Below, piece by piece: positions 21,132 to 34,904 of a stretch of 64,000 bases of DNA. The first letter of the stretch is position 1. Each line of letters starts with the position of its first letter. The stretch is from Ascoidea asiatica JCM 7603 (Eukaryota; Fungi; Ascomycota). The notes under the pieces are model-generated. The model was not told where the DNA came from and ran no database searches. It saw only the letters and a program-made list of their open reading frames with translations. A program made the position numbers and the translations under genes. The stretch covers positions 433,423 through 497,422 of the forward strand of contig BCKQ01000003.1 in NCBI GenBank assembly GCA_001600695.1, in the 5' to 3' direction.

Positions 21132-23637
21132 TCAAAAAAATGGTACAAAATCTGAATCTTTGAATAAGTTTACTCCCTGACTTCCTTTTTCCCAAACATT
21201 TTTCAATTTTTTCAATGAAGATGTTGAACTTCCATTATTCAAAGAGTTTAAGCATTCAAAATAAAATTCAATAATTTTTTGATGTCGTACTTTAACTGAA
21301 TTTAAACCAAACATTATACTTGGCCAATGAAGCATAGTTAATCTATGATCATTTTCAATTTTTTTAAAAACTCTTTCTTTATGATTTATTGGAATCTCAA
21401 AGTTTTCATCATTATCAATTTCATTCTGATCTTCATTTTGATCTTCATTCTGACCTTTATTTTTTTTTCTAATTGGATCTAAAAGATCTAATTCTAAAAA
21501 AAAATATAACTTTAACGAATCTGAAACCATTTCTTGAACTAACTCATTATCTTTTGGTAAATTAAATAGATATTTTAACCTATATGCTTTAATACATAAC
21601 GCATTAACATGTAGTTGGTTTGCTAAATCATACCAAGAATATAAAAATTTCTCATTGATATTTTCTTTTCCCCTTCTGATACCAAATCCATATGCAGAAT
21701 ATGGTAACCGTATTCTTTTCTTATTTTTATTTCTATCCTTGTTATTATGATTATCTTTACGATTATGGATTTCATCATAAAATGGATGATATTTACTTTT
21801 CTCTTTTATTATGCATGATGTAGAAATAATTTTGAAGTTCTTAGAATCTAAAATCAATTTACTAACTCTTAAAACATCTTTACTTTGCTTAAATAATGTT
21901 TTTTTGTTTTTTTCATCTTTGAAATTTTTATTTAAATTTCTTTTTTTACCTTCTTCAATAATTATAATTATTGCTTTAACCAATTTCATAGCTTCATGAG
22001 ATCTACCAAAATAAATATAATAACCATTTAATGTCATTAATCCCATTCTCTTTAGCAATATCAACTCTTCATTATTATCAGAATCTTTCTCCTGATCATC
22101 AATATCATTATCACTTTCGGTGTCAGTATCAGAATCACTTTCACTCTCACTACTTATTTCAATATCACTTTCATTTAATTCGTTTTGAGAGTTAAAACCA
22201 TTATTTTTCGGTCGAAAAGCTTTTGCTTTTCCTTTTTTCGAACTAATTGACAGATTTGATGCAAATAATAGAAGCTGAACATCTGCACTGGAATTCAATG
22301 AACCTCCATGATATTTATCTGATTCATTATTTTCCAAGTTTTTCAAACTAGGATCAAAATCATCAACATCATTAGTTAATGTAGCTAATGTCTCCACACT
22401 CGTAAAAATAATTTTGGCAAATACCATCATCGGAGATAATACTGGGATTCTGGCTAATGACAATGATAAGTTTGTATTAACATTATCAGTAAAATATTCT
22501 TTTTGCTTTTCTTGTAACTGACGTTTTTGTTCTTGTTTCCCATTATAATATTGAATATAATTAATCAATAATACTTTAGCATCATTTAAATGTTTTCTCC
22601 ATGATTTGAAATTTTCTGTACTATTTGTTATTGTCGATTCAATGGTAAGTAAAAGTGCAGTCATTATTAACGTATCTATATTACTCAATAATTGAGGAAT
22701 TAATGAAATTGATGATAATGAAGATGAGTCTGAAAGAGTATTAGAATTACTTTCTTTTTCTTCATGTTTCTCTTTATCTTTAACTTTTAGCATTTGAAAA
22801 TTTGTATTTAAATTTTTAAGACAACTATTTAGATAATTTTTTCTATAAATCTCATCTTGAACATCATGCGTCTTTAAATATTCTAGTCTTGCAGTAATTG
22901 CTAATATTGAAGTTAATAAATATGGACAATTTCTTGCTTGTACTAAAAGCATATCTCTTAAAGGATTTTGTTCTTCCAAAGGGTTAAAAAGATTTGCATT
23001 ACTTAATTCTTCTTCAACAGGAATGAAATCAGGTTTTAATTTATTAAATTCATCTACTCTATCTGTTAAGAATAAAATAGGATTTAAATATGATTTAGAA
23101 ACACCGAAAGGTAATAATTTCAAACTAACTTCATCATAAAATTTTCGTAAATATTTCAAATGAAATTGATTTAAATTAATAGTTTCAAAAATAGATATTG
23201 GAATAGTTTTAATCATTGATTTTAATATTATTGGTTTATTTTTACACATTTCAAAAGAATATAATAGTTTTACATCAATTTTATTATTTGCAACATCGGA
23301 TAATTTACTAGAAGTAAAAAGAGCAGAATTATTGTAAAAATCGAGTAAAGCATTATCACTTTTTGTCATATGATTTGATTGATGATTTAAATTATCTTTT
23401 TTATTAATATTGTTATCGGATTCACTATTCAATTTACGTTTTCTATTGATATTCTTGCTACTAGTCAAATTATTTTCATAACCTTTATTGCTATTTGGAT
23501 TATGGTTGAAAATATTATTTGATGACTTATTTGAAATATTATTGGGTGAATGATTGTTGATAATTTGGTGATTAGAGGGTTTATTAGTATTCTGTCTATA
23601 ATAAAGCTGATCATAATCATAAGTATTACTAGGATTA

Positions 23638-23675
<38 letters not shown>

Positions 23676-25223
23676 AGTATTATAAGATGATGGGAAAGAA
23701 TTTCGATGAGAATTCTGGTCATTATAATTATTGATATGATTATTAGAGTTATTATAAGTAGAACCATTTATCTCATTAGAAATAATCTGTTCACCAATTT
23801 TGTTATTATCAAAAGAAGAAGTAGTGGAAGAGGAAGAAGAATTTAAAGAAGATCTTTCATTTGAGTTTGTAAAATTGAAATTTATGTTATTATCCGAGTT
23901 ATTATTATAATTGATATTTGAATTAATGTTTGAATCATTATTGAAATCATTATTTAAATTATTATTATATAAATTATTATTGAAATCAGTAAAATTAGTA
24001 TTAAAATTATTAAAATGAGATTTTTTCAAATATTCATAATTTAGATTTTTATAATCTGGAAAAACTGAATATTGATCATTATTATTTGAAATGCTATTAA
24101 ATAAATTTTTACTTGAAGCAGGTAATAATAATAATTCATTTATAAACTCATCAGCATTAAAAGAAGAGTCTATTGAGTTTAATAAAGGGTTATTATTATC
24201 AACGATGATATTATTAGAGTTGGAATCTAAATTGGAAATTGGATTGAAATTCGAATTTGAATTTGATTGATAGTTTTTGAAAGTGTAATCATTTGGAGAG
24301 ACAGATTGGAATCTAGATTGAGATTGAACTTGAGATTGAGAATGAGATTGGACTTGACTTATATTTTGAGAATAAGATTGTGATTGTGATTTTGATTGAG
24401 ATTGTGATTTTGATTGAGATTGAGATTGAGATTGAGATTGAGATTGAGATTGAGATTGAGATTGAGATTGAGATTTATTTATATTTTGAGGACTTAATTG
24501 TTGATTTAGTTGAGAGTTTGATTGAGATTGAGATTGATATTGAGGTAAAGATTGAAAATTATCAAGAATCATATAATTTAAATTATTAGTTAAAGCATTT
24601 GCAGAACCTAATAAATTTTCTTCAATTGACATTAAATCATCATTTATATTATATAAATTAGGAGTTGAATTCAATTGAATATTATCTTTCTCAGGTTTCT
24701 CATCTTTCTTCTCACTTTCATTCTCTTCACTCTTTTCATTCTTTTCAATTGATTCATTTTTCAGAAAGGTAATTTCTTTATTCTTCGTAGTTTTTATACT
24801 TTTCGTATTTTTTGCATTTTTTGAATTCTTCTTATTCTTTTTATTATTATCAGTATTTGAATTGTTATTATAGTTTGAATTATTGAATAAATTATTATCA
24901 AGAAATTGAAATTGAAATTTAATTATATTTTGATATATACAATTTTTCTTTAAATGATTACATTGCCAACAACTTGGTTTTTCTTCATCACATTTAATTT
25001 TTCTTCTTCTACATTCATTACAACCTGTTCTACTATATTGTCTTTTTTTTGTCTTTGCTAGTACTACTTTATCTTTTTGTTTATCTTTTTTCGCTATATC
25101 AGTTGATATTTTATTAGATATTTTATTTGATAATTTATTTGAATTTTGAATATTTTCATTTTTTTTTAAAGTACTATTCTCATTATTATTCTTGGATATA
25201 AGAATATTCTCATCATTATTCAT
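21132..25223 (-). CDS. LYS14: Zn(II)2Cys6 transcription factor, Lys14-like
   Basis: RQYSRTGCNECRRRKIKCDEEKPSCWQCNHLKKNCIY closely resembles the Lys14-family zinc cluster. C-terminal fungal TF region (YSWYDL, RLTMLHWP); SQ and Asn repeats. Exact orthology within the family is uncertain. Confidence 0.7.
24363..24472 (-). repeat. (TCTCAA)n Ser-Gln coding microsatellite
   Basis: GATTGA array on the + strand, with degenerate copies at its left edge. Confidence 0.85.
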
Positions 25224-26183
25224 ATTTTTGAAAAGTTCATTGAGTTCTAAAAGAAAAAAAAAAAGTAGTCTAAATAGATATAAATTTGTAAATGGTATGA
25301 TTTTTTATTTAAATTGTTTCTTTCTTTTAGTAGAATAATAATAAAGCTTGAAAATAAATAATAGAAGGTGATAAAGTTACAAATATTATTAAATGAAATG
25401 ATGAGGTGATTACCTGTCTCTTAAATCGAGCAGTCTATTACTAATTTCTATTCAGTTATTTGATTTTTTGATTCTTTGATTCTTCGACTCGATCACTTTC
25501 ACTTATCTTGGTATCTTTATCACATTTATCTATTATTTCATGTTTATCAGATTTCATTTATTCTTTTATTTCCTTTATTTCGTTTATCTGCCTGCTCAGT
25601 GATAATTTAACCTGATTTGAATCCAAGTAGCAGAGGTTTCTCGGTAGAGAACACGGAACTGTTTCCCAAATAGGCTGCGCTGCCACACTCCATTCAAACA
25701 GGAAACTGCTTATCAGGACACCCTCATATCTGGTCTCCAATGCATCAACATCACGTGTTTTCGTTTTCTCGTATCTTCAATCTACTGCTTATTATTATTC
25801 CATAGCCAAAGCCTCCAAAAACCACAACAAAACAAAAAAACATCAAAAAACAATGGAATTAAAGGAATTGCTTCAAAAGTATCCTATTTTATGATCTGAT
25901 TACTTGTTCATCAAGTATATTCTTTGATCCATATCATTTCAATTACAATTATTGTCTTTAATATTATTGCCAAAAAGACATCATCATTTGTTTATTTCAT
26001 TATTTTTTTTATCTTCTTCTGCCATTCTTTAAAGGTCTTTTTTCATTTCATGTATTCTTTTTCAGATCTTATTTGGTTTCAAGTGATTTCAATAGTATCA
26101 ATATATCCATTCAATTAATCAATTGATCAATTGATCAACGAATTATTATTTCATTATTCATAATTCATAATTCCTAACTCAAA

Positions 26184-28367
26184 ATGTGGCAATGTGTGCT
26201 AGTATCATGTTTAACTTCTTCTTTATTATCAATAATTTCTGTAAATTATTATATAAAAATTTTAAATCATTCATGGCTATTATCAACTGCTTTAATTGTT
26301 GCTTTAATAATTCCATTCTCAATGATATTCTTATTACCAATAGATTTAATATCTGCTTCTTTAGATCCAAATGTTATTGATAAAAATTTCTTTTATTTAA
26401 AAAATTCAAAACTTTTCATATTCATATCTTGGAGATTTATTTATTGGTTTGGCTTTTTATTAACTTGGTTAATATTATCTTTAATTCAATATTATTATCA
26501 ATCTTATAATTTTAAAACAAATTTAAAATTTAAAGATTCTATAAAAATGACTTTAAAATTTCAATTATTATATTTAATTTTTGCAATCTTTGGTTTAATT
26601 TATATTTATTTTAATATTGGTTTATCTTTAGATTCAATAAAATCTTTAATAATAATTTTATCTCATTGTTATTCTTTATTAGTTGCAATTTGGTTAATGG
26701 GTTATGGTTTATTTTCTTTACCAAAATCAATTTATGAATCTTCAAGAATTATAAATGATGAATATAATGATAATTTAATTTCAAATTATTATCTAAAATT
26801 TTTGAAAATTAGTGAAAATTATCAAGATATTAAATTATCTTTTAAAGAAATTAATCAACTAATTTTTAATTTAAATAATTTAAGAGATTTACCTCAAAAT
26901 TTATCTTATAGAGATTGGTTATTTCATTTATATGATAAAATTCCATTAAATTATAGAAATGATCTATTAAATAATTTCAATAATAATAATAATAATAACA
27001 ATTTCAATAATAATAATAATAATGTAAGAAGACCATTATATATTTCAAATTCAGATGATACTGATAATGAAGATGATGATAATGATCCTTTACTAACTTT
27101 AACTGATGATACACTTAATGATAAATTTTTATTAAGAACAACAAGAAAATTTAAAATTTCTAAAAATAATATTTCTATAATTGAATATCATTATTATCTT
27201 TTACTTCATAAAATTATTAAAATTCAAGATTTATTATCTTCAAAACCAAAAAAAAAATTGATTTTAAGATATAATAAAAATTTAAATTTTTTTCAAAGAT
27301 TATTCTCAAAAAATCCAAAATTTTTTTTTTATTTAAATTTTTATATTTATCCAATTTTTTTAAAAATTTTTTCAATTTTTTTAGCAATTTTATCAGTTTT
27401 AATTATATCTTCTGAATTTTTTCATAATACAAGATTTTCTCTTGTTAATTTAATTGTTATAAAAACTATAAAATATAGTTTTTTTAATAATTCATTTATT
27501 GTTTTAATTTTAGGTTATATGTGTTTTACAGCTTTAGTTTCATTATCAAATATTAAAATATTCAATTATTATCAATTAATTCGTCATAATTCATCACCAG
27601 AAAATTCATTATTTTATTCATCTTGGGCAATTAGAGTAACAATTCCATTATCATATAATTTTTTAACATTATTAAATGAACAAATTTTAAGAAATGTTGA
27701 TCCAGATCAAGATATTAATTCAAATAATTTTTTAAAAAGTCCATTAATTTTAAATAATGATAAAACTCAATTTGCAATGTTTTTAGGTAATGCAATAAAT
27801 TCAATTAAATTAGGTAAACAAATTAATAATATTTTACCATATTTAATTTTATTACCAATGTTAGTTAAATTTTTTTTAGTTAAGTTTAAGAATAATAAAA
27901 TTTTCAAATTATTTAGAACTGCATATAATAGTTATTTTGATATTGATGATTTTTTATTTAATGATGATGGTGAACTGGATAGAGAATATGATGATTTAGA
28001 ATATAATAGAAATAATTCATCCAATAGTAATAATAATAATAATAATAATAATACTAATAATAGTAATCGAAATAGAGGTTATAGTTTCACAGCAAATAAT
28101 AATGATACAGAACGACGAAGAAAAGATATTATTATTAATGAAGTTAATAAAATCATTGAAAGAGAACTAAAAAATAAAGATTCATTATTAAATACATATG
28201 AAGAAATTAATGGTAGAGGAGATATATTTAATATTTTTAACAAATTACCATTTTTCACAAAAATTACAAACTTTGGTATAAATAATTCAATTTCATTACC
28301 AAATGATAGTGAAGTTGATCTGACAACAAGATTAATAAATAATGATATCAATAATATCAATAATATC

Positions 28368-28428
<61 letters not shown>

Positions 28429-29036
28429 TAGATAAGAATGGGAATAGGAATAAAATATTAAGTAATGATAATATTTTGACAGAAAGACCATTTGCAGATA
28501 CTTTAGTCCAGAATGTTAATAAAATTGATAATTTAAATTCAACAAAAAATATACTAAATCCAGAACTTGGAGAAAATTCTAATAATAATAATAATAATTC
28601 AAATAATAATGATGGTACTATAACATCCAATAGTTCAAAAGAATACCAAGACGATTTATCAAAAAATGTTTTTGGAAATGTTAAGAATAAATTATCTAAT
28701 GGATTTAATAAAATTATAAATAGAAGCCAAATGGATAATATTGGCAATGAAAGTAATGAAAATAATGAAAATAATGAAATTGGTCTTGATTATAATCCAT
28801 TTAGTGATACGATTCATAAATCTAAGAATAAAAATGATAAAGATTCTGAAGAAAGAGTTGGAAGTTATTACAGTGATCATAGTTACAGAACTACAATTAA
28901 TGAACGTGGAAGTACATTAAGAAATGCTGAGGATATAACAGATATTGAAGATTCAACAGAAGATGAAGAAGATCTTAATAATTTAAATAGATTCAATGAT
29001 GATGAAATTGATCCAAATGAAATATCATATTTTTAA
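26184..29036 (+). CDS. LMBR1-domain membrane protein (LMBRD2-like)
   Basis: Multiple TM helices; FLLPIDL, WRFIYWFGFLLTWLIL, LMGYGLFSLPK and RVTIPLSYNFL motifs; Asn-rich cytosolic tail. Confidence 0.88.
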
Positions 29037-29819
29037 AAAAAATGGAGTTATTTAGCATTTCATTATAATATAATTATCTTCGATTTTTTTGTGACAATCA
29101 GTTTTTTTTTTTTTGCGAACAACAAGTTTTCAATTGACTATAGACTTTATTAATATTATTTATGATTAACAGTTATTCGAATAATTATTCGTAATTGGAT
29201 AAATCATTCGTCTAAATTATTCCAATTGTTCCAATATAATCCAATAATCCAACATAATCCAATATCATCGTCAATGAAAATAAAAAATGAAAAAATAAAT
29301 TTCAAATTTCAAACCACCCGTCACCTGACACATTTGGCGCCACTTTACTGGGTTTTAAAGGAGTTTCTCATTTCTGGTCTCATATTTTAATTTTGAATTT
29401 TTCTGTTTTTAAAACAAGAAAAAAACTTCAAAATAAATAGAAATATTCAAGTAAAGTCAATCAATCTGAAGATAAAATTTGCAGTTTTTCTCATTTGTAT
29501 GAGATTATCGAAAGAGAAAAAAAGTAGTTATGAGTAGCAAGTTTAATCACATCACCTACTGCAATGCCCTTATTGAATCAAATTAAGCAATGATAATGGA
29601 AATTACTACTTTAACGTAAATTTCGCATGGTTATCTATTGGAAATTCAATCTAAAACAATTGTGAATCAAGTAAACAAAGAAGATGAAAGATTACAGAGA
29701 AATTGAAACATAACTGGAATCTCAATGGGATATATAAACTGGCCAAATTCTTATTTATGATAAAAAGTTTTTCAAATATCTGTTCAATTCAGTTCAATTC
29801 AATTACCTTTATTTTTCAA

Positions 29820-31457
29820 ATGAATATACTTAAATATCCACTACCTCCTGTCATACTTCGAGAAATATTAAACCAATTAAATTTTAAAATTTTATGGACA
29901 CTAACGTTATCCGATACATTTTCCATTCAATATATTTCAAAAGATTTACTTTTCAAAAATGTTATTATTTTCCATCATTTAAAGAGAGCAGAAACTAGAT
30001 TATCCATTTTAAAAAAATCTGATTCATTATCTTTAATAATTGATGAAAATGATTGGAAAAATACTACTTATTTTAAAATCTTAGATGATTTAAATAATTC
30101 AAATTTAAATTTCTTCAAACAAAATTCAAATTTTATAACTAATTTAAAATTAGATTTTAAATCTTTTTCTACTTTAAAAAAATTATTCTTAATTTCAAAT
30201 TCAAATCATTCTTTAAATACTCAATTTCAAAATCTAAAATATTTAGTTTATCAACATTTAGAATACACTAATCAAGATCAAATATTTGTTCATAAAAGTT
30301 TTATTGAATTTCAATTTCAATTCAATTCACCTCATGAAGCAAGAAAAACTTTATTACTTAAAGATTTTTCAAATCAAGAAATGAGTCAAGATTATGATTA
30401 TAAATTTTCTATAGAATTTTTATTAGCTTGTAAAAATTTAAAAAAATTAGTAAATGCGTATTTGAAACATTCTAGATTTTTAAGTATTTTAAAATTTTGT
30501 TCAAATCTTGAATATTTATATATTAGACTTCCTCCAAAAGTTATTTTACAAAGTTATATTCTTTATCAAGAAGAAATTATTGAAGTAGATTTTTCAAATT
30601 TTGATAATTTATTAAATATAAAATTTATTTCTTTAAAAAATATTCAAACAAATGAAATACCAGAATCTTTTCAAAATTTTAAACATTTAAAAGTTTTATA
30701 TCTTGAACGAAGTGCAGTTTTAAGTTTAAAAAATTTACCAAAAACTTTAGTTTTTTTAAAATTATCATGGAATTTTATCTCAAATATATCTTATGAAATG
30801 TTATTTTTAAAAAATTTAAAATTCTTAGATTTATCCCAAAATGGAATATTCACATTAGAAAATTTATATTCTTTAACTAATCTAAAAAAATTATATTTGA
30901 ATAAGAATAGAATCGAAAAAATTGAAAATTTAGATAATTTAAAAAATCTTGAAATATTAAATTTAAGTTCAAATATAATTAAAAAAATAAATGGATTAAA
31001 TTCATTAGAAAAATTAAAAGTACTTTATCTTAATGAAAATAAAATTGAAAAATTAGAAAATATTAATAATTTAATAAATTTAGAATATATAAGTTTTAAA
31101 TCAAATAATATTTCAACTCATGATGATAATTGTTTTGAAAATTTAAATAATTTAAAAAGAATTAATTTTAATTTTAATAAGATTGAAAATTTAAATTTTT
31201 TAGAAAAATTTTGTAATCCTTTATCAAAATTAAAAGTAATATGTTTACAATATAATCAGATTAAAGTTATACCACCTTTTATGAAAAATTTGATAAGTTT
31301 AAAATATCTTGATCTCAGAGATAATTATTCTTTTGAACGTGTTGAAAATTTTTCAAATGTTATTAAAATAATCAAAGTTCCAAAAAATTTAAAATCTATT
31401 GATACTGATTGGTATAAAAGATGTGTGGAAAAAGGAAATAAAGTAGTTGTAGAATGA
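29820..31457 (+). CDS. F-box-like / leucine-rich repeat (SDS22-type) protein
   Basis: Likely start is the ATG at 29820 (the track start at 29703 is TTG), with a TATATAAA about 90 bp upstream. N-terminal LPPVILREILNQL is F-box-like; about ten LxxLxLxxNxI repeats follow. Confidence 0.85.
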   Translation: MNILKYPLPPVILREILNQLNFKILWTLTLSDTFSIQYISKDLLFKNVIIFHHLKRAETRLSILKKSDSLSLIIDENDWKNTTYFKILDDLNNSNLNFFKQNSNFITNLKLDFKSFSTLKKLFLISNSNHSLNTQFQNLKYLVYQHLEYTNQDQIFVHKSFIEFQFQFNSPHEARKTLLLKDFSNQEMSQDYDYKFSIEFLLACKNLKKLVNAYLKHSRFLSILKFCSNLEYLYIRLPPKVILQSYILYQEEIIEVDFSNFDNLLNIKFISLKNIQTNEIPESFQNFKHLKVLYLERSAVLSLKNLPKTLVFLKLSWNFISNISYEMLFLKNLKFLDLSQNGIFTLENLYSLTNLKKLYLNKNRIEKIENLDNLKNLEILNLSSNIIKKINGLNSLEKLKVLYLNENKIEKLENINNLINLEYISFKSNNISTHDDNCFENLNNLKRINFNFNKIENLNFLEKFCNPLSKLKVICLQYNQIKVIPPFMKNLISLKYLDLRDNYSFERVENFSNVIKIIKVPKNLKSIDTDWYKRCVEKGNKVVVE

Positions 31458-32619
31458 TAAGTAAGTAATATATACTATATTTAAAAATAAACGAATAATT
31501 TTGTATAGTTACAATTTCGGAAGCTACTTTTGAAGAGTTTGAAAATACCTCACCTTCTTCACCATTTATATTCAGATCATACAAATTTTAATTATCAAAA
31601 GAACCGTCAAACATAGTCTCATTGGAAATCGAAAAGAGCAAAGTTTTTTGAATGTTTACTGAATTGATGAGATCTCATAAAATTACGATTACTGTCTTTC
31701 CATCATTTCAAAGAATTGTTGTAATAGTTTTGAAGAGCCAAAATAGACCATTAAAAAATATAAAAGCATTTAATACTTGGCATTCAATTAGTATATGGAT
31801 AAAAATGATTGTTCGAAAGAATTGAAAGAAACTTGCTCTATTGATTAATCTGTGAGCGAAAATAACATCGAACAATAGCTGGTCTATATTCCGAGAAAAG
31901 CAAATCCTTTCATAGAACAGGGAATCATATTTAAATTGAAATTCAATCTCAATTTTTCTTTAAAAGTCGAGTAACCAATAAAATAATCAAATATCGGTTG
32001 TTTTGTTTTGAATTAACATCAAGTTAAAATCAAATAAGATGAAATTTCGGTTATTTTACTCGAAAAAACCGTTAGAATACTTCATTCTAACTTTATTTTT
32101 TTGACGGTTGAAATTGTTTTTGCTTTCAGCTAATAGAACTTTATTATTAATATTCTCATTAGACCGGTTTTTAGTCTGAACCTTAAAGCTTGGTATACTC
32201 TACAACCAACTTAAAATATAAAGAACAAGGAGGTTAGAGAATCAATTATAAGCACGTGAACTCATTAAAACAACTTTAGTTAATTGAAATAATTTTATAT
32301 TCGAATAATGTGTGATCATTCAAATAATTTTGAAAGACCATCACAGTTCCAATAAAGCCAGAGTTTTTCTGTACGTAACCACAAAAGTTTTTTTTTTTTG
32401 CTCTCCCTCGAGATTCGCTCCACAATTGCAGAAATCTTTTCAAAGTGTCAAATATTCATTTTTTTGCGCAGAAATGTATTAAACAAAGTGGAATAGCGGA
32501 TCAATTGATTCACCTTGATTATTGTTGAATGTTTGTAGTCAGCATGTAAAATTGACATTTACAAATTGTATGGGTAACCGAATATATTTTGTTTATTGAT
32601 ATAAATCCTAACGATTCTA

Positions 32620-33010
32620 GACACTAGGCCTGACCTCGGGGAAACCCGAATTACCCACAACATTGTGGCTCAAAAGAAATGAGCCAATGAGAATACCCAT
32701 AGGTAGTTTCACGTGGAGTAGTGTTAGTTCTCAGACGACAGAGTCACGGAAAAAAAAATATTTTCCCGGGCGTTACTACGGCTACCATGAGACCAAAAAT
32801 AAATAAGGTTTGGTTCCAGATCCAGCGCAAAAAACTTTGAGCCAATATGTACGCTGTAAGCCGTCAGCATGCGTCTATGACTGTTTTAGTGCAGCAGAGC
32901 CACGCTTCACGGCACGCAATTTTATCCAACCCAGGAACGTGGCGCATGTCTCGAAGCGTGCGCACACTTCCACAATTTGTCAGTCGTTGGGTTTTACTAC
33001 GTAAGAAAGC
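32620..33010. promoter_or_regulatory. GC-rich regulatory island, probably for the downstream zinc-cluster gene
   Basis: Two GAGCCAAT boxes (~32680, ~32839), CACGTG at 32710-32715, CG-rich tracts and no credible ORF. Confidence 0.4.
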
Positions 33011-34425
33011 CGTTGAGCAATTTAGTAAAAGTAAAAGAATCAAAATAAACACCTTTAAAAATGTGGATGAAAAGTCTGTTTCTGTAATTTGACTCATTTT
33101 CATTCAATAATTTAGATTTAAATTTAGTTTTGGGTATTTTTATGAGCATTTTCGATCTTCCCAATATTCTTTAAAGTGTAGAAATGTTAACAAATGAGAA
33201 GAATCCTTTGTGTTAAAGTTAAAAGAAAATGAAAAGAAATGAAAAGAAACAAGAAGATTTATCTTAATAGAAGATTCTTTTGTTAAAAAACTTTTTGTTA
33301 ATAACTTCAATTACTGTTAAACGGGAACAGGTGCAAATTATAATTCAGAATTATAACACCATATTTTTTATACTTTACTTCAACTTTTTCTGCAATTCAC
33401 GTATTTAAGTATAACTTAGGTACCTAAAGTTCAAACAAATACTCGCTCCATTTTTATTTATATTACTCTAATTAATAAGAAAAAATATTAGATTTATTCG
33501 GATCTTCAATAAAAGAATTTCTTTCAAAATTGCACTTCAAATAATTCATCAATAAAGTAAACTTTTTTAAAGAAAATTCTTTACAATTTATTTGATTTAT
33601 TAATTTATACCTTTATAACCCACTAGATTTATAATTATTAAATAGGTTAATTTTTAAATCATATAAAATTGACTGCTCAAAATTATATTTTAATTATAAA
33701 TATCTTTTAAAAAACTTATTCCTTCAATTCACTTTAGGATTGTATTAGTATACCGTTTTATTTCTTTCATTTTTTAAAAATAATTATCGAGTTTCTTAAA
33801 TATAAAAATCACATCATTCATTGTATTCTAATTATCCATCAATTTTTTCTTCATAAAAATTTCAATAATTCCCTACTTTAATATCAGTTAAATCTCCATA
33901 AAAATATATTCCAAATAGTTTTTTAACAATATAAACTATTATTATAATTACCTATAATATATAATAATTTAGTATCATCACTAATATCCCCTAAAATATA
34001 ATTTAAAGTCCATAACGTTCATAAAAAGACCTTTATAGTTTTTCATTCAAATCAAATATTATAATCCATTAAAAATTTTAGGCAAATATAATATACTGAA
34101 TTGTTTATTATTATAGTTTGATTTATTATTTTATTAAAAGGTGTTATTAATTTATTCTTATTTAAAGAAAATTTCATAATTTATTTTCATACTTATACTT
34201 TACTTCACCCTATAAATTCCATTTGCAAAAGAAATTGTATAAATTTATCATTAATTAACTATAAATCAACCAATCACTATTGAAAAACTTATACATTTAT
34301 TCATTACTATATTTGATAAGCTTATCATCTTTTCATTTTTAAACTTATAATTAATTCATATACCATATATACTGTATATATCAGAGTATATTGAAAGTAA
34401 ATTTACTTTATACAAAATAAATCTA

Positions 34426-34867
34426 ATGTCAAATCAAACAGAAAATAATCAAAATCAATTGGATAACAATCTTACAAATGAAATAGATAAGATGGAATGT
34501 AATTCTGATATTCAAGATAATAATCAAATACAATCAAATAATGAAAGTTCAATAACAATAGACTCCAATATTAAAGATACATCATTAGAAACAAAAGATA
34601 GTGAATTATCGCCACAAATTAAACCCAAAAGACCAAGATCAAGGTATGGTTGCTTAACTTGTAGAAAAAGAAAAAAAAAATGTGATGAAGTTAAACCAGT
34701 TTGTGGATATTGTTCAAAAAAGAATGTACAATGCCTTTGGAAACCTCCTGGAACTGAAAATAAAAATATACGAAGAAAAAAAGAAATCAAATTCATTAAT
34801 TTAAATATTCAATCCAAACCACTACCAATATCTTCTACTCAACATTCAAATAAATCAAATAAAATCA

Positions 34868-34904
<37 letters not shown>

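Noticed and set aside
685-28880. Many short shadow ORFs rich in I/L/IE repeats (e.g. 716-922, 7172-7396, 23465-23767, 24380-24589, 28079-28747)
   Set aside because: They are alternative-frame or antisense readings of microsatellites, mostly inside real genes.
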